64,000 nt of DNA from Hemiscyllium ocellatum (Eukaryota). The stretch is taken from NCBI RefSeq assembly GCF_020745735.1, contig NC_083418.1, forward strand, positions 49,617,776 to 49,681,775, read 5' to 3'. The notes beneath the pieces are model-generated. The model was not told the origin of the DNA. It saw only the letters and a program-made list of their open reading frames with translations, and did no database searches. Positions 37,634 through 50,645 of this stretch are shown in pieces. The position numbers and the translations under genes are program-made. The first letter of the stretch is position 1. Each line of letters opens with the position of its first letter.

Positions 37634-39859
37634 CATTTCAGCCACATCAAGATATTCTTCTGCTGTAAAAGCATGTTGAGCTCATGGATGTGAAGAGACC
37701 TCAAACTGCACCAGATGAGTCATGCTATCCTTCTGCTGCTATTGAAGAAGCTTCAGATGGATCTTCATTGGCAGAAGTTACTGGCCATAATGAAAAATTT
37801 ACTTTGATTAATTTATATTACCCATTTTGTGTTAACAATCCTCTCTCTGGTCGATTGTATGATGTAAGTCACCACAGCTACTCCGAGGAGCATAAATTGA
37901 TTGTCAGGAGCAACGATAAAGGAAACAGTGCCAATCAATTACTTTTCTCTAATGGCAGGGTGATCAGGTCAGTCCCATCTCTGGGCAGTGACATTACAGT
38001 TACAGAGCAGAATTTCACAGGAATGAGAAAAGGGACATATCATTCGCCCAACAACCCTCACCCCTCCACCAACAGAATAAATTTGATCCTAATCAGCCAT
38101 CACCTTTAGGTCAGTAGTACCCCACTCCTCCATCACCAGCACAAACCTCACTGCACCTAGCCCTGTGAGGTAAGATTTGTACCTCTGTCCTTCAGTGGGA
38201 GGAGATCCTGTCTATGCGAGCTACTGGCCAATCTACAGAGGTTGTTGGAACAATTCTGAGTTTCAAAGTGGATTATTTAAAGTTTAAAGTGTTCTGAATA
38301 TTCTTTGTATTGGACAGAACTATAGACTGTATGCAGCTCAGAATTAGGCCATTTCACCTATCATCTCTTCAGATACTGATTGCATTCACCTTGACAATCT
38401 TGGTTGACCCTGCTTCCACCCCAAGTCTCAGGCTATGTAATCCAGGTCCTAACACTTACTGCAGGAAAATCTTTTCCAGTGTCACCATTCTTTTGCCAAG
38501 GCTTGTTGTCAGATTCATGATGCAGAGCAGAAATTTCCCTCACATGAATGTAGGTTTTGGGAAAAGCAATGCCATTGGTCAGAATCATAGCCAGAGCAAT
38601 GTGGGTTCCAGTGAGACGTGTGGCAGAATCGGACAAGAAATCCAGTGAGACCCAGCTTAATGGTGGGAACACTCCTTGTTGCCTTTTACACTTGTCACAA
38701 GAGATGTGGTAAGTTTCTCACTGAGTGGTGCTGACATGTCAATTAAGAGGACAATTGATTGTTAAATACCTTGTTGATGACCCAACTTTTCTCATTAATA
38801 TTCAGACTATTTTCTCATTAATATTCAGATTCCTGTCTTACCAAACTCAACAAACAAGCTAGACATCAAGAAAACTTGACATGGACACTAGAGTAGATGC
38901 CAGGCAGCTCGCTACTTACTCCAAATAACCTCCATGTTACTTCCACCCGAACGGCGGCTCAGTTCTTTACACACCTGTCACCAAAGGCCTCAGCCATGGA
39001 CATTGGCATTTAGCATGTGTCAAATCCACATGACCATCTTTCAATACATTTGTAAGCTGCTTAGGAAGCTTACGACTGACTCTCATTGCAGGGGCACACT
39101 GGCATCAAGCATTGAAAAGCTGCAAAGCTGGCTACCCACGGCCAGGCACCCAAATTATAGATTGAAGCTGGCTGCATCTCTGGGCTGTTCACTTGCTGTA
39201 TTAGCACTCATTCAGTCTCACCCACATACTCATGCCGTCCATTCCTAGCATTGCCTTGTCAATGCCTGTTAGTACATTGACATTTCAACATGAGCCAAAG
39301 GCTATCAGTATTGCTGTATCAAAGTCCCTTTAATGCAAGCACACAGACAGATTGCGTGTCATGACCAGATGGAGCCCAGCTTGTTTTCTATTCTCTAGAT
39401 GTGAAATGCTATTAGAAAATGGCTAGGTGGGCAGAGTAATTTTCAGTTTGACAGATGAAAGTGCTCACATTCAGATTTGCCCAATTGTTTGCCTGGATGT
39501 GATGCTTCTCTACTGGACAGTGACAGGTTGTGGGTTTCCAGTGGGCATTGAGAATAGGGTACTTAGAATGCAACAATGGAGAGTGGTGTGGTGATTAAAC
39601 AGTGACTAGGGTGAAAGAATGGGGTGGCATTTGCAAGGGAGTATCAGCCTTGCTGCTATCTGCCATGGGCATTGTGCCTTTGTGGCTACTGTGCCATGAT
39701 AATACCAGTGAAGAACAACACTGGATTGCCAATAATTGTTCAGGTGAATGATGGTGCAGGTGAAAGGGATGGGTAAGGGTGTAAATTCATCGGTTGTCTT
39801 TGAGCAGATATCTACCGTGGCAATTTGTTCTGGGAAAGGCATGTGGTAAGATAGCAATA

Positions 39860-40140
39860 CCAGATGCTGCCAGACCTGTTGAGATATTAAGGTAGGTTTG
39901 GTAAGATGCGGTGGGAAATCTTCCTAAGTTTTGCAGCAAAATCTTTCTGTGATCATGACGCAGCCTAAAACATGTAAGACTCGTCCCATTGTCGATCTTC
40001 CCTGCCATAAAATCCATTCCCTAGCCACTGATCACATCTCTTCCCCTGTCAACTGTCTGAGACTGACTCAGGTCTTTTACAACCTTAGTCTCATATTTAA
40101 TTTTGAGATGAGCATCCTACCTCATATCACATCTTCATGA
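39860..40140 (+). mobile_element. L2-clade LINE RT C-terminal fragment
   Basis: KT..IV.LP.HKIHSLATD.I..P.NCLRL.Q...NL.LIF..EMS..PHI matches the L2 pattern GKTEAIVF..HKL.SLATD..PLP..CLRLNQTV.NLGV.FD.EMSF.PHI. Confidence 0.65.
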
Positions 40141-40364
40141 AGACTTTCTATTTCTATCTCAATAACGTCTTCTGACTAACCCGTAACTCAGTTGATCTGC
40201 CACTGAAACTCTGATCAATGCCTTTATTATCTGCAGATATGTCTATTATTTGAAAGTCCTTGTCAACATCCAAGACATCTAACTCTGTTACCTGCACCAT
40301 AACATGTTCCGAATCCTTTTCACCCACCTCCACCATACTCCCTAAAATTGTTCAGTCAGAGTCA

Positions 40365-40700
40365 TAGCAATGTACAGCACGGAAACAGACCCTTCGGTCC
40401 AACTCATCTATGCTGACCAGATATCCCAACCCAATCTAGTCCCAGCTGCCAGCACCCGGCCCATATCCCTCTAAATCCTTCCTATTTATATATCCATCCA
40501 GATGCCTTTAAATGTTGCAATTGTACTAGCTTCCACCACTTCCTCTGGTAGCCCATTCCACACACGCACCATCCTCTGTGTGAAAAGGTTGCCCCTTACA
40601 TCTCTTTTATATCTTTCCCTTCGCACCTTAAACCTATGCCCTCTAGTTCCAGCCTTCCCCACCCCAGGGAAAAGACCTAGCCTATTTACTCGATCCATGT
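40365..40700 (-). mobile_element. CR1 3' fragment
   Basis: ORF 40486..40698(-) RGHRFKVRRERYKRDVRGNLFTQRMVRVWNGLPEEVVEA. Confidence 0.9.
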
Positions 40701-40844
40701 TCTCAAATTCTTATTCTTCCTTTTTAAATCCTTGCATGGTCTTAAAACATCTTACTGTTTGAATCTCCTCCAACCACACAACTTCCTATTAAATCTTAAC
40801 ACCATTAATTCTTTGCTGTTGAGCAAATCTTTCTACATAAAACT

Positions 40845-41544
40845 GAAGTAGGAGATGGTATGGAGCAGGGTGACACCAGGCACATGGACACACAAGATGG
40901 CCACTGAGCCGTAAGTTGGCCACTTGACACAACAGATGGCCACTGGACCACAATATGGAGAGAGATAGCAGAGCAAACACAGACATGCCTGGGGCCGCAA
41001 GAATGCCAGCACAATGCACTCACAACCCAGTTGATTAGTTTAAGGCAGGTAGGGGAGAGAGAATACACATCAGTAGCATACACTGCCCTATGAAGTGTCT
41101 GTCTAGCCAATACCTCTAAAAGAAATGTTAACAGTTTGATATGGATTCTATATAGAGCGATAATACACAGGGCTGCCATAATAGTCCTTCTCAGGAAGAA
41201 CGATTAGCGCCCATTATTATAGCAATAGACTTCCGCGCAGACATTGAAACTGACAACGACTGCATTGAAATTAACAAAGGCTGTGCTGGAACTGACAATG
41301 ACTGCACCAGAACTATTAACGGTTCTGCAATGTTTACAATAAACCATGTTATAGAGACAATAACCTCATCACTGACCTATTATATCATAAAATGTATAAA
41401 AGTATCTTGATATGTGCTTCAGGGGGAAGAGAAGGATCACAGCCGACTATTGTGCTGTTAGTGTCTTTCTCTCCCTAGTACAATAAACTCTGTCGTTGAG
41501 TTCAGCCACCAGCCTCATTAAGTTCCTCCCAGTATTTCCAGTCA
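40845..41544 (+). mobile_element. Probable solo LTR
   Basis: Repeated AGATGGCCACT and ACTGACAA(C/T)GACTGC motifs (U3-like), TGTATAAAAG at ~41394, AATAAA at ~41482, ending ...CCAGTCA. No TSD found; left edge uncertain. Confidence 0.45.
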
Positions 41545-42105
41545 GTGAAAAGAATAAAAATAATAATTAAATTTCTCAAAAAATTGAGAGGCAGTTTGAA
41601 CCACTGATAAATAGGAACAACACCAAATATTAGTGTAAGCGTATGACATAAGGCAAGCCTATCAATTTCAAACAATCTATTGCATTTTAGTACATACATG
41701 CTTCAATATTTCTAAGAATTTGTACAAAATAAACTTTGAAAGTGTATTTCAGAATAATATTGATCTCCTGAAATATGTTTTATATCTTTTAAGTTCCTTA
41801 CAAGGGCTTTAACTTGAAGGTCTTAACTTTACAAGAGACTACAACCAGATTTAATATTTATGCCTGAACTTGTGACCTTATCAGCAACATTTGGATTTTA
41901 CAGTTTGAGTCTGCTGTGGACCTAATGCTTAATATGTAAAATATCCTTCTTGACCGGAAAGCTAATATGATCACAAAAATGGATCAATATCCAGAATTAG
42001 TTGCTGACATTTCAGACATTTAAGTACAAAATGTAAAAGAAAGACAAACATATCAAAAGATAGCTAAGGATGTAATTTCATGGCTATCTAAATTTCCAGT
42101 GTGGA

Positions 42106-42231
42106 TTACACGCTGCTCTCTGAGAACAAATAGAAGTAGAAGCTGAAGGATATGACATGCTGTCTCCGCTCTACAATTTTATGGATGAATGGCTGTGTCA
42201 ATTCAGCACGGAAATGTTTAGCATTCCAAGG
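42106..42231 (+). pseudogene. ZBTB8OS: Archease fragment
   Basis: Reads LHAAL*EQIEVEAEGYDMLSPLYNFMDEWLCQFSTEMFSIPR versus human archease (recalled) LHAW...LQTVEVETQGDDLQSLLFHFLDEWLYKFSADEFFIPR. In-frame TGA at 42121 and an internal deletion. Confidence 0.78.
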
Positions 42232-42689
42232 GTCAGTGAACTGTTTTAAGACTGAAGTAAGACAGAAGTGAACTGACATTAAAATTTAACTCATTAAGTA
42301 CTTGGAAATGCTTCAAACATTTTGAACTACAGATGGTTCTGTGAAATGCTTGTTTTAAACATTGCCTGAGAAACAGTCCAATAGAAGCTAATGGGACTAT
42401 CACATCTTGTGTCAAGCTTATATTTTTCATTTCATAATGTCAGCACCTCACATCCTGCTAATGACCTGTTTACCCTAACTATTTGGGCTTGTGTTCTAAA
42501 GATCAGGTCTTTGCAGTTACTAATGTAGTACCACCGGCACCAGAGTGTTGCAGCTTCTCATATCTGCCAGAGTTTTATTGAAAGCATAAAAGGTATTGTA
42601 ACAATCAGCAGCTTACACACCATCAGTTCACTGAACTTTCACCACACATCTCTGAGCTTTTCAGCCTTATGTTCTTGTTTAAGACAAGG

Positions 42690-43385
42690 AGTGTTGCTGA
42701 ACAAAGAAACCTTGGAGTGCAGGTTCATTGTTCTTTAAAGTGGAGTCGCAAGTAGATTGGATAGTGATGAAGGCGTTTGGTATGCCTGCCTTTATTGGTC
42801 AGTGCATTGTGTATAGGAGTTGGGAGGTCATGTTGTGGTTGTATATGACATTTGTCAGGCTACTGTAAGAATACTGTGTGCAACTCAAGTCTCCCTGCTA
42901 TCGGAAAGATGTTGTGAAACTTGAAAGGGCTCAGAAAGGTTTCCTGAGGATGTTGCCACTGTTCAAATGTTTGAGCTATACAGAGAGACTAAATAGGTGG
43001 GGCTATTTTCTCTGGAGCATTCGTGGCTGAGGGGTGACCTTGTGGAAGTTTATAAAATCATAAGGGGCATGGATAGAGTAAATAGACAAAGTCTTTTCCC
43101 CTCCAAAACTAGAGAGCACAGGTTTAGGTGAAAGGGGAAAGATTTAAAACAGACCTAACAGTCAACTTTTTTACGCAGAGGATGGTATGTGTATGGAAAA
43201 TGAGCTGCCAGAGGAAGTAGTGGATGCTAGTATGATTGCAACATTTAAAAGACATCAGGATGGATGTATGAATAGGAAGGATTTAGAGGGATATGGGCCA
43301 AGTGCTGGCAAATGGTACTGTATATGGTCAGCATGGATGAGTTGGACCTAAGGGTCTGCTTCTGTGCTGTACAGCTCTGTGATTC
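42690..43385 (+). mobile_element. CR1 3' fragment
   Basis: GTTGTGAAACTTGAAAGGGCTCAGAAA...GGGGTGACCTT..GAAGTTTATAAAATC...GAGCTGCCAGAGGAAGTAGTGG, followed by a 3' UTR. Confidence 0.88.
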
Positions 43386-46300
43386 TGAGAAGAAACCATG
43401 GGATGTTTCACCTAAAGGTGGTCAAAAGAACTTCGGCAGACAATATTTCAAGGGAGAGATGGTATTCAAAACACTGAACTGTGATCTCCTGTAGTTTGTG
43501 GCCCAGACTGTGGACATTATCTAAGTCAAAAGAAAGACAGTCCTGAATGAAAAGCATGCTTGTGTTTTGCCCTTCCAGCAATCCACATGAAGGGGTTAGA
43601 AACCAATTTGAAACCAATGGTTTGATGTGTGATACTGGGCTGGCTTGGGCTGCTTTAAATTACACTGTACTGATGTGTGCTGTGATATTATATTCTCATT
43701 TAGCACCAATTAAGAAGATTTTCAGTGTACAGCTCAGATTGCAGATGGTAAAGTTTGCCAGGGCATCTTTCTTTGGTTCATTATGAATGCATGATAGCCT
43801 TGTATTCAATGTTATGTCTTTGTAACTATCAATGATCCTGTCTCACAGCCAACCAAATATCCAGTGATTTTACAATATTGAATATTCATTTGACAAAATA
43901 ACCAACTTAGGAATTGGATTGCGCAAGGTGTTGAGTACTGGCAGTGGTGTTACCTTTATTGTTAAATCATATCTTGGTCTCATATTGTTTTTCAAGCAAA
44001 AAAACTGTTAGCTGTCTTTAGATGTTACATGGAGACAAGCTCCAGAATTCTGTTTTGAGAAGAACAGGCAGCATCCGAGGAGCATGAGAAATGACATTTC
44101 GGGCATCCTGTTGTCTATTGAAGTGTAATCACCTTTTAATCTTGTACTCATTGATCTATGTTAGCTACAAAATTGGGAAAGTATTGATTTTAAAATTATT
44201 TTCCCTCATTTCAAGTCCTTCTGTAGTTTTATATGTCCTTGTTTCTGTAATTTATAACCTTTCTGGAACCCTCTCTGCAAATTGACATCCCTTTAAAACT
44301 AATCTGTCTTCCAATTTCCTGTGTACCATGAATTCTCATTTCACTGCTGGTTACAGCAGTTTTTCACATTTCTCGTAAATAAAGATAAAGAGAAAGTACA
44401 AGTAAGGCCACAGGAATCACTGAGTTCATGTTGTGCCATTGAACGAATGTCAAAGAATTACCTGGTGCCATATACTCCTTACTATCAACACAATGTCTGG
44501 AGACCAATGTTTTGGTCTCAGAAAGAATGACAATCAGCTTTCAGATGAAGGTGGATCGGGGGACAACTGTCATCCTGATATCATGAGTAGCTGCCCAGTG
44601 ATCATTGCTCCAATACAGCATAAATAAGCAGCCCCTACATAAAGGGCATATCAGCAAGTGGTCAGGGCCAGGTGACAGTTCTCAGCAGGGAGTTGTCTTC
44701 CTCAGAAAGAACATGGACCAGAAATTACTGAGGCAAGAAACTAAAAAGAATAACACTTAAGATAAAGAACATAAGCTGCCTTCATAACCTGACTGAGATT
44801 GACACCTCTGCACCAACAGCCTGTTATTTCATTGGCTCACTGAAGCTCCCCAATCCTCTTTGTCTAATTTATTAACATTTCACATTTAAATATCTCTTCT
44901 TAACAAGTTTAATAAATGATCTGAAATTTCCTTTATAAATGCTCACATGTCCACATTAGAAACAGTGATCACAGACCTTCGACATCGAGCAGACCTGCTC
45001 CAGTTTCAAATCTCCTGCGATCCTTCTACTTCCTTGTTTTCTTGTAAATAGTTTTACTGCAAAAAAAGATTTTGAATCTTTTACAAAATTGTAAAATTAC
45101 TACAAAATAATATAACAATTTTATAATATAACAACAATAACTGTAAACAAACTACTACACTACTCCACAAACCAATTTTTAAAAAAGGGATAAAGAAACA
45201 AAAACTTACCCATACTACAATTCAATAAATATATTAAACAAAAATAACTAAATTAAATCGGATTGAACCAAGGTGAATTAAATTTAGTTACAACATTCAG
45301 CGCAACCGCACCCAAGCTGCCCATCACCAGGAGCATCAGTTGGCATACCCATATTTGTTTGGGATTCGTCCGCCCAGGGGTCCCCGGCCTGTCAGACACA
45401 GTCCTTATGGCTCACAAAGGCCCTGACCAATATAGCGGACAAGTCTGCGTCTATATAGTTCAAAAAGGGCCACCATGTCTTACAGAAGAGTTCCGTTTTC
45501 TGGTGCACCATACTTGTAAGGAAGTCCAGGGGGATGTGCTCCATAACTAAGTTACGGCACCCAGAGAGTCCTGGGGGGTTTTCTGACACCCAACTCATCA
45601 GGGTGTTCTTCCTCGCACAGTATGAAAGAAGATTAAACAGTTTCTTCCCATGCGCATCCAAAGAGCGGAGACTTGGCAGACCCAAGAGGAAGGAGACTGG
45701 ATCTATTTTGACCTCGGTTCCCAAGATCCTTTCCAAAACACTCGCTATAGTGCCCCAATAGCTACGAAGCTTGAGGCATGACCACAAGCAATGAATAAGA
45801 GTACCATTTATCTGTTTTACATTTAGGGCACATCAGAGATGCTCCTGTCTTAAATTTCGCAAGCCACTCTGGTGCCAGATAAGCCCCGTTCAGTTGCATA
45901 GCCTGTGTCCTATTACAAATTGAAATCTTCCTTCCATTCTCCTAAATATCCTCCCATGCCTCTGGCAAGATCTCTTCCCCCAATTCCTGAGTCCAGATCC
46001 TGCACAGCTGCTCAATGTCCTTCGATATACTACCTCCCAATAAATGATAGAGGGTGCTGACCGAGAGACTACCCGCAAATTGAAGTACTCTTCTCTCCAC
46101 ATCAGACTTACAGGGACTAACCATTAATGTAGTCTTTTTCTGTATAAAGTCCCTAATCTGAAAATAACAAAAAAGGACCCTCCTAGACAGTTCATACTTC
46201 TGGCTCAGCTGCTGGAAAGACATCAGGACCTCCCCATCAAATAAATCTCCCAAACAGGAGACTCTTTTAGGCTCCCAAACCCTAAAGCCAGAATCCATCA

Positions 46301-46574
46301 ATCCTAACCAGAATCCTAACATTCCTATTATGGCAGTAAAAGGGGAAGTTTTTGTAAATTGCCCTCGCTTTGTTGCATCATTTTCCAAGCTTAAACTGTG
46401 TTAAGGACAATCGGATTTCTGCAATGCTCCATTCCAGCCCTCATCTTGTCCATATACAACAAATTAATGAGGGGCCATTTTGCTTAGGAGGCCTCGATGT
46501 CCAGCCAAATTGATCACAGTTCCTGGCAAGCCCAATCAGCCACATAGGATAATAGGGAACTTAATTAATATTTC

Positions 46575-47160
46575 TTAAAAGTAGTGAGTTTTGAGAAGAT
46601 TTGTAGCTAAGGTTGAGGTTCTGGATGTAGATTTGCTCGCTAAGCTAGAAGGTTCATTTTCAGATGTTTCATCACCATACTAGGTAACATCTTCAGTGAG
46701 TCTCCAGATGAAGCACTGCTGATGATTCCTGCTTTCTATTTATATGTTTAGGTTTCTTTGGGTTCATGATGTCATTTCCTGTGATGATGTCATTTCCTGT
46801 TCTTTTTCTTAGGGGGTGGTAAATGGAGTCCAACTCAATGTTGTTGATAGAGTTCCGTTTGGGATGCTATGCTTCTAAGAATTCTTGTGCGTGTCTCTGT
46901 TTGGCTTGAACTAGGGTGGATGTGTTGTCCCAGTTAATGTGGTGTCCTTCCTTATCGGTATAAAGGATATTAGTGAGAGAGGGTCATGTCGTTTTGTAGC
47001 TAGTTTTCTGTCTGTTTATCCAAACACTACATTGGAATGCAGTGTAAACAGGAATCATCAGCAGTGCTTCATCTGGAGGTTCACTGAAGATGTTACCTGG
47101 ATGAAACATCTGAAAATGAACCTTCCAGTTCAGCGAGCAATCCTACATCCATTTCTTACA
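46575..47160 (-). mobile_element. Penelope-like element 3' end (GIY-YIG C-terminus) with inverted arm
   Basis: Minus strand TDKEGHHINWDNTSTLVQAKQRHAQEFLEA*H..NSIN.IELDSIYHP. 46651-46733 and ~47050-47130 are inverted copies. Confidence 0.78.
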
Positions 47161-47362
47161 ATCTGGAAAGTCCACAACCCCCATCCCCTGGAGGAGGTGC
47201 AATTTGGCAAGCCTGCCTGGCACACTCTCCTCATTCCTGATGAAGGGCTTATGCCCGAAATGTCGAATTTCCTGTTCCTTGGATGCTGCCTAACCTGCTG
47301 TGCTTTAACCAGCAACACATTTTCAACTGTGATCTCCAGCATCTGCAGACCTCACTTTTTAC
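47160..47362 (+). mobile_element. Penelope terminal repeat fragment
   Basis: CCTGATGAAGGGCTTATGCCCGAAATG...GCATCTGCAGACCTCACTTT. Confidence 0.8.
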
Positions 47363-48143
47363 CCAAAAAGGTTAATAAGAGGCCACCTATGACGCCAGAT
47401 AAAAGAACTGAGCCAACTGCTAAGCCTAACTGCTTCCCTTGGCAACTTCAAAGGGAGCATTTGCATGGGATATAATAAACGAAAAAGAACATTCATTTTG
47501 GACCAGAGCTATTCTATCCAACCAGGATATCGGAAGATCCTCCTAGGGCTGAAAGTCCTGAATGATCTTCTCTAGCATATTCACAAAATTAGCTTTGTAT
47601 ATTTGATCAAAGGCCAGAGCTATAAAAATGCCAGATACAGGAAACCTCCCTGTGGCCACCTGAAAAGGAATTGGATTCCACTCCAAAGATCAGGTACTCT
47701 GACAAGATCCTCCACAGGCATGGCCTCCAACTTTATAAAATTGATTTTATACCCTGAGAAAGAGCCAAATAGCTTAATCACTTATATTAAACAGGGCACA
47801 GATATCATCAGCTTAGCTAGAAAAAGAAGAATGTCATCTGCATAAAGGGTGATCTTATGTCTTCCTGATCCTACCTCTGGGGCAATTATGTTGGGGTCCC
47901 TCCAGATAGCTTCTGCCAATGGCTCAATCAGCAATGTAAACAGCAGTGGTGAAAGGGGGCACCCTTGTAGGCTGCCTCCACCAATGCTAAAATTGTCAGA
48001 CTTTATTCCATTAGTGAGAGGGTCTTAGGGTCACTATATAACACTAACACCCACCTGGCAAAGACCCCTCCAAGACCAAACCGTTCCAAGACATAAAAGA
48101 GGTACAGTCACTCCAGTCAAAGGCTTTCTCTGCATCTAGGGAG

Positions 48144-48376
48144 CTGAAAATATGTTGCTGGAAAAGCGTAGCAGGTCAGGCAGCATCCAAGGAGCAGGAG
48201 AATCAATGTTTCAGGCATGAGCCCTTCTTCAGAAACCATACTTCCATGATTCCTGAAGAAGGGCTCATGCCAGAAACGTTGATTCTCCTGCTCCTGGGAT
48301 GCTGCCTGACCTGCTGCACTTTTCCAGCAACACATTTTTAGCTCTGATCTCCAGCATCTGCAGTCCTCACTTTCTC
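48144..48376. mobile_element. Penelope fold-back insertion in L1 ORF2
   Basis: TSD CTCTGCATCTAGGGAG at 48128-48143 and 48377-48392. Inverted ~90-bp arms around a ~20-nt loop. Confidence 0.9.
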
Positions 48377-50429
48377 CTCTGCATCTAGGGAGACTACCAC
48401 GCCCAGAATTGACCCTTGTTGGCATACCTGAACCATATTTAATACTCTTCTAATATTATTAGAGGACCTGTGACCCCTAATAAAACCTGCCTGGTCCTCC
48501 TTTACGATGGACGGAAAGACCTTCTCCAACCTCAACACCAGCATTTTCAACAAAATTTTAAAATCCATGTTTTATAGCAATTAAGTACAATCCTCTGGGG
48601 CTTTTCCTTTCTTGAGAATAAGGGAGATATTTGCTTCTCCCAGAGAGGATGAAAGGCAGTGTTGGCTGCATGAATAATTGTATATATCCAACATTGGCCC
48701 AGCCAGCATGTCTATGAACTCCTTATTAAGCTCGCTCTGAAATCCATCTGGGCTGGGCCCTTTACCACTCTAGAGCTGCATCACTGCCTCCTGTATCTCT
48801 TGGATTGTCAGAGGGGCATTCAAAAGAGACACCTGCTCTGAAGTTACACCTGGGAGGTCCAAGGTCTTAAAAAAGGACTCCATCTTCGTCAATCTATCCT
48901 CACAGCCCTCCGACCGGTACAACTCAGAGTAGAACTTCCTGAATGCAGCGTTAATCTTTTTGTAATCGTAAGTGAGAGTACCAGCACACTCTCTGATGGA
49001 TGTGATAGAATGGGGGGCACTCTTCTTTCTGGTCAGGCGCACCAGATATCTCCCTGGTTTATCACCAAAGTCAAATAATCATTGTTTCACAAAGGAAATC
49101 TCCCCCTTTGCTGTCTGGGTGAGCTCAGCATTCAGGGCAGCCCTGAGGGCTGTAATCCACTGTAACATGGTTACAGATGGTCTGTTAAAGTATGCTGTCT
49201 CAGCTGTCTTCAGCCGGGCCTCAAGCATACACTGCTACTCTCCCCTCTGCTGTTTCCAGGTCACCGAGTAAGATATAATCGAACCCCTTGCATAGGCAAG
49301 TCTCCCAGAGCACCAACAGGTTACTGGCCGGACCCGAATTAATATCCCAAAAAATTTTAAACTCCCGCAGAAAATACTCAGTAAACTTACTGTCCTTCAG
49401 GAGGATAGGATCCATGCACCAATGTCACAAGCCTGTCCCATCACCATCGGCCTTAACCTCCATGTGCACTGCCGCATGATCAGAAATGGCTATGTTCCCA
49501 ATTGTGTAGGACAGCACCAAATCCAAAAAGGCCGATGGAGTAAAAAACATGTCAATCCTAGTGTAGAACCTGTGTGGATTAGAGAAAAAGGTGAAGTCCC
49601 TACCCTCGAGACATCTCCACACATCTACCAACCCCAGGTCCCCACTCTGGTCCACCAGTTGCCTAGATTGCGGGTATATGCCCATGAGATCCTGAGGCAT
49701 CTTGTCCACCTTGGGGTCCATTGGTCGGTTAAAGTCTCCCCCTATAATCGTATGACACACTCCAAGGGCCATCAACCTGGAAAGTGCATTTGTTAAGCAC
49801 TTGAGAGGGTGTGCCAGGGAGCAACATATGTTCAAAATCCTCTACTCCTCTCCATGTATTAAAGCCTTAAGCATCACAAACCACCCATATTGGTCCTTAA
49901 TTTGGTCTAACAGCTGAAATGGGAGATTCATTTAAACAAACTATTAGTCAAAGCCGTGTGAGACAATCCGTGACTCCCTTGGAGGAAGAACCCCACTCAT
50001 AGCGCGCTGAGTGAAAACAATAAACAATTTGCGTACACTTGAAAATACAACTACAAAAACTGCCAAATCAAAACTTCTAACAACAACTACTACAATGAAC
50101 CAACATATAAAACAAATAAGAGCAGACAGGGGGCGCTCATACTACCCACTAACCCTTCTAGCTGAAGCCACATCCAAAACCCAGGCAAAACAAGTAAAAA
50201 AAACAACATGCATCTTATAGCAAGAAAATTAGACGTGGGCATTCAGCCGTTCCCAACCATAATTTGAGCCAAGTCAATCCTGGTGAAACAGCCCCCCCCC
50301 CCGCCCACCACCTCCCCAACCCATCCCCCTCCATCCCATACTAAGAAAGAGAAACGAAAAGGGAATGATAGAAAAACAAAGGATATTGGGAGGGGAGAAA
50401 TAATGGAGAGGAGAAAGGAAAAAAAAACC

Positions 50430-50645
50430 TGCCCTTTACAAAACCATGTTGACTATCTGAAATTAAATTGTTGCTTGCTAGATGATTATAAATCTTATCT
50501 CTTATAATCCTTTCCAAAACCTTTCCTACAACAGAAGTGAGGCTCACTGGTCTATAATTACCTGGGTCATCTCTACTGCCCTTCTTGAATAAGGGCACAA
50601 CGTTTGCAATCCTCCAGTCCTCAGGTACTAAATCTGTAGACAATG
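50430..50645 (-). mobile_element. Little-degraded internal CR1 RT fragment
   Basis: VPEDWRIANVVPLFKKGSRDDPGNYRPVSLTSVVGKVLERIIRDKI...ISDSQHGFVKGR, uninterrupted. Confidence 0.9.

Larger units (their letters stand above)
45045..50430 (-). mobile_element. 5'-truncated L1-clade LINE (ORF2 and inter-ORF spacer) with nested Penelope inserts
   Basis: ORF pieces 49425..49835 (IIGGDFN..RIDMFF..ISDHAAV), 48338..48568 (EDQAGFIRG) and 45392..45787 (L1 C-terminus). Homologous to the L1 at 14010-19580. Confidence 0.9.

Noticed and set aside
37684-38109. Independent 141-aa single-exon gene
   Set aside because: No recognisable domain or promoter; better considered part of the candidate terminal exon or UTR.
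44545-44627. Alternative terminal exon (D)EGGSGDNCHPDIMSSCPVIIAPIQHK*
   Set aside because: Short, weak pyrimidine tract and no homology or paralog support; cannot be told from chance.
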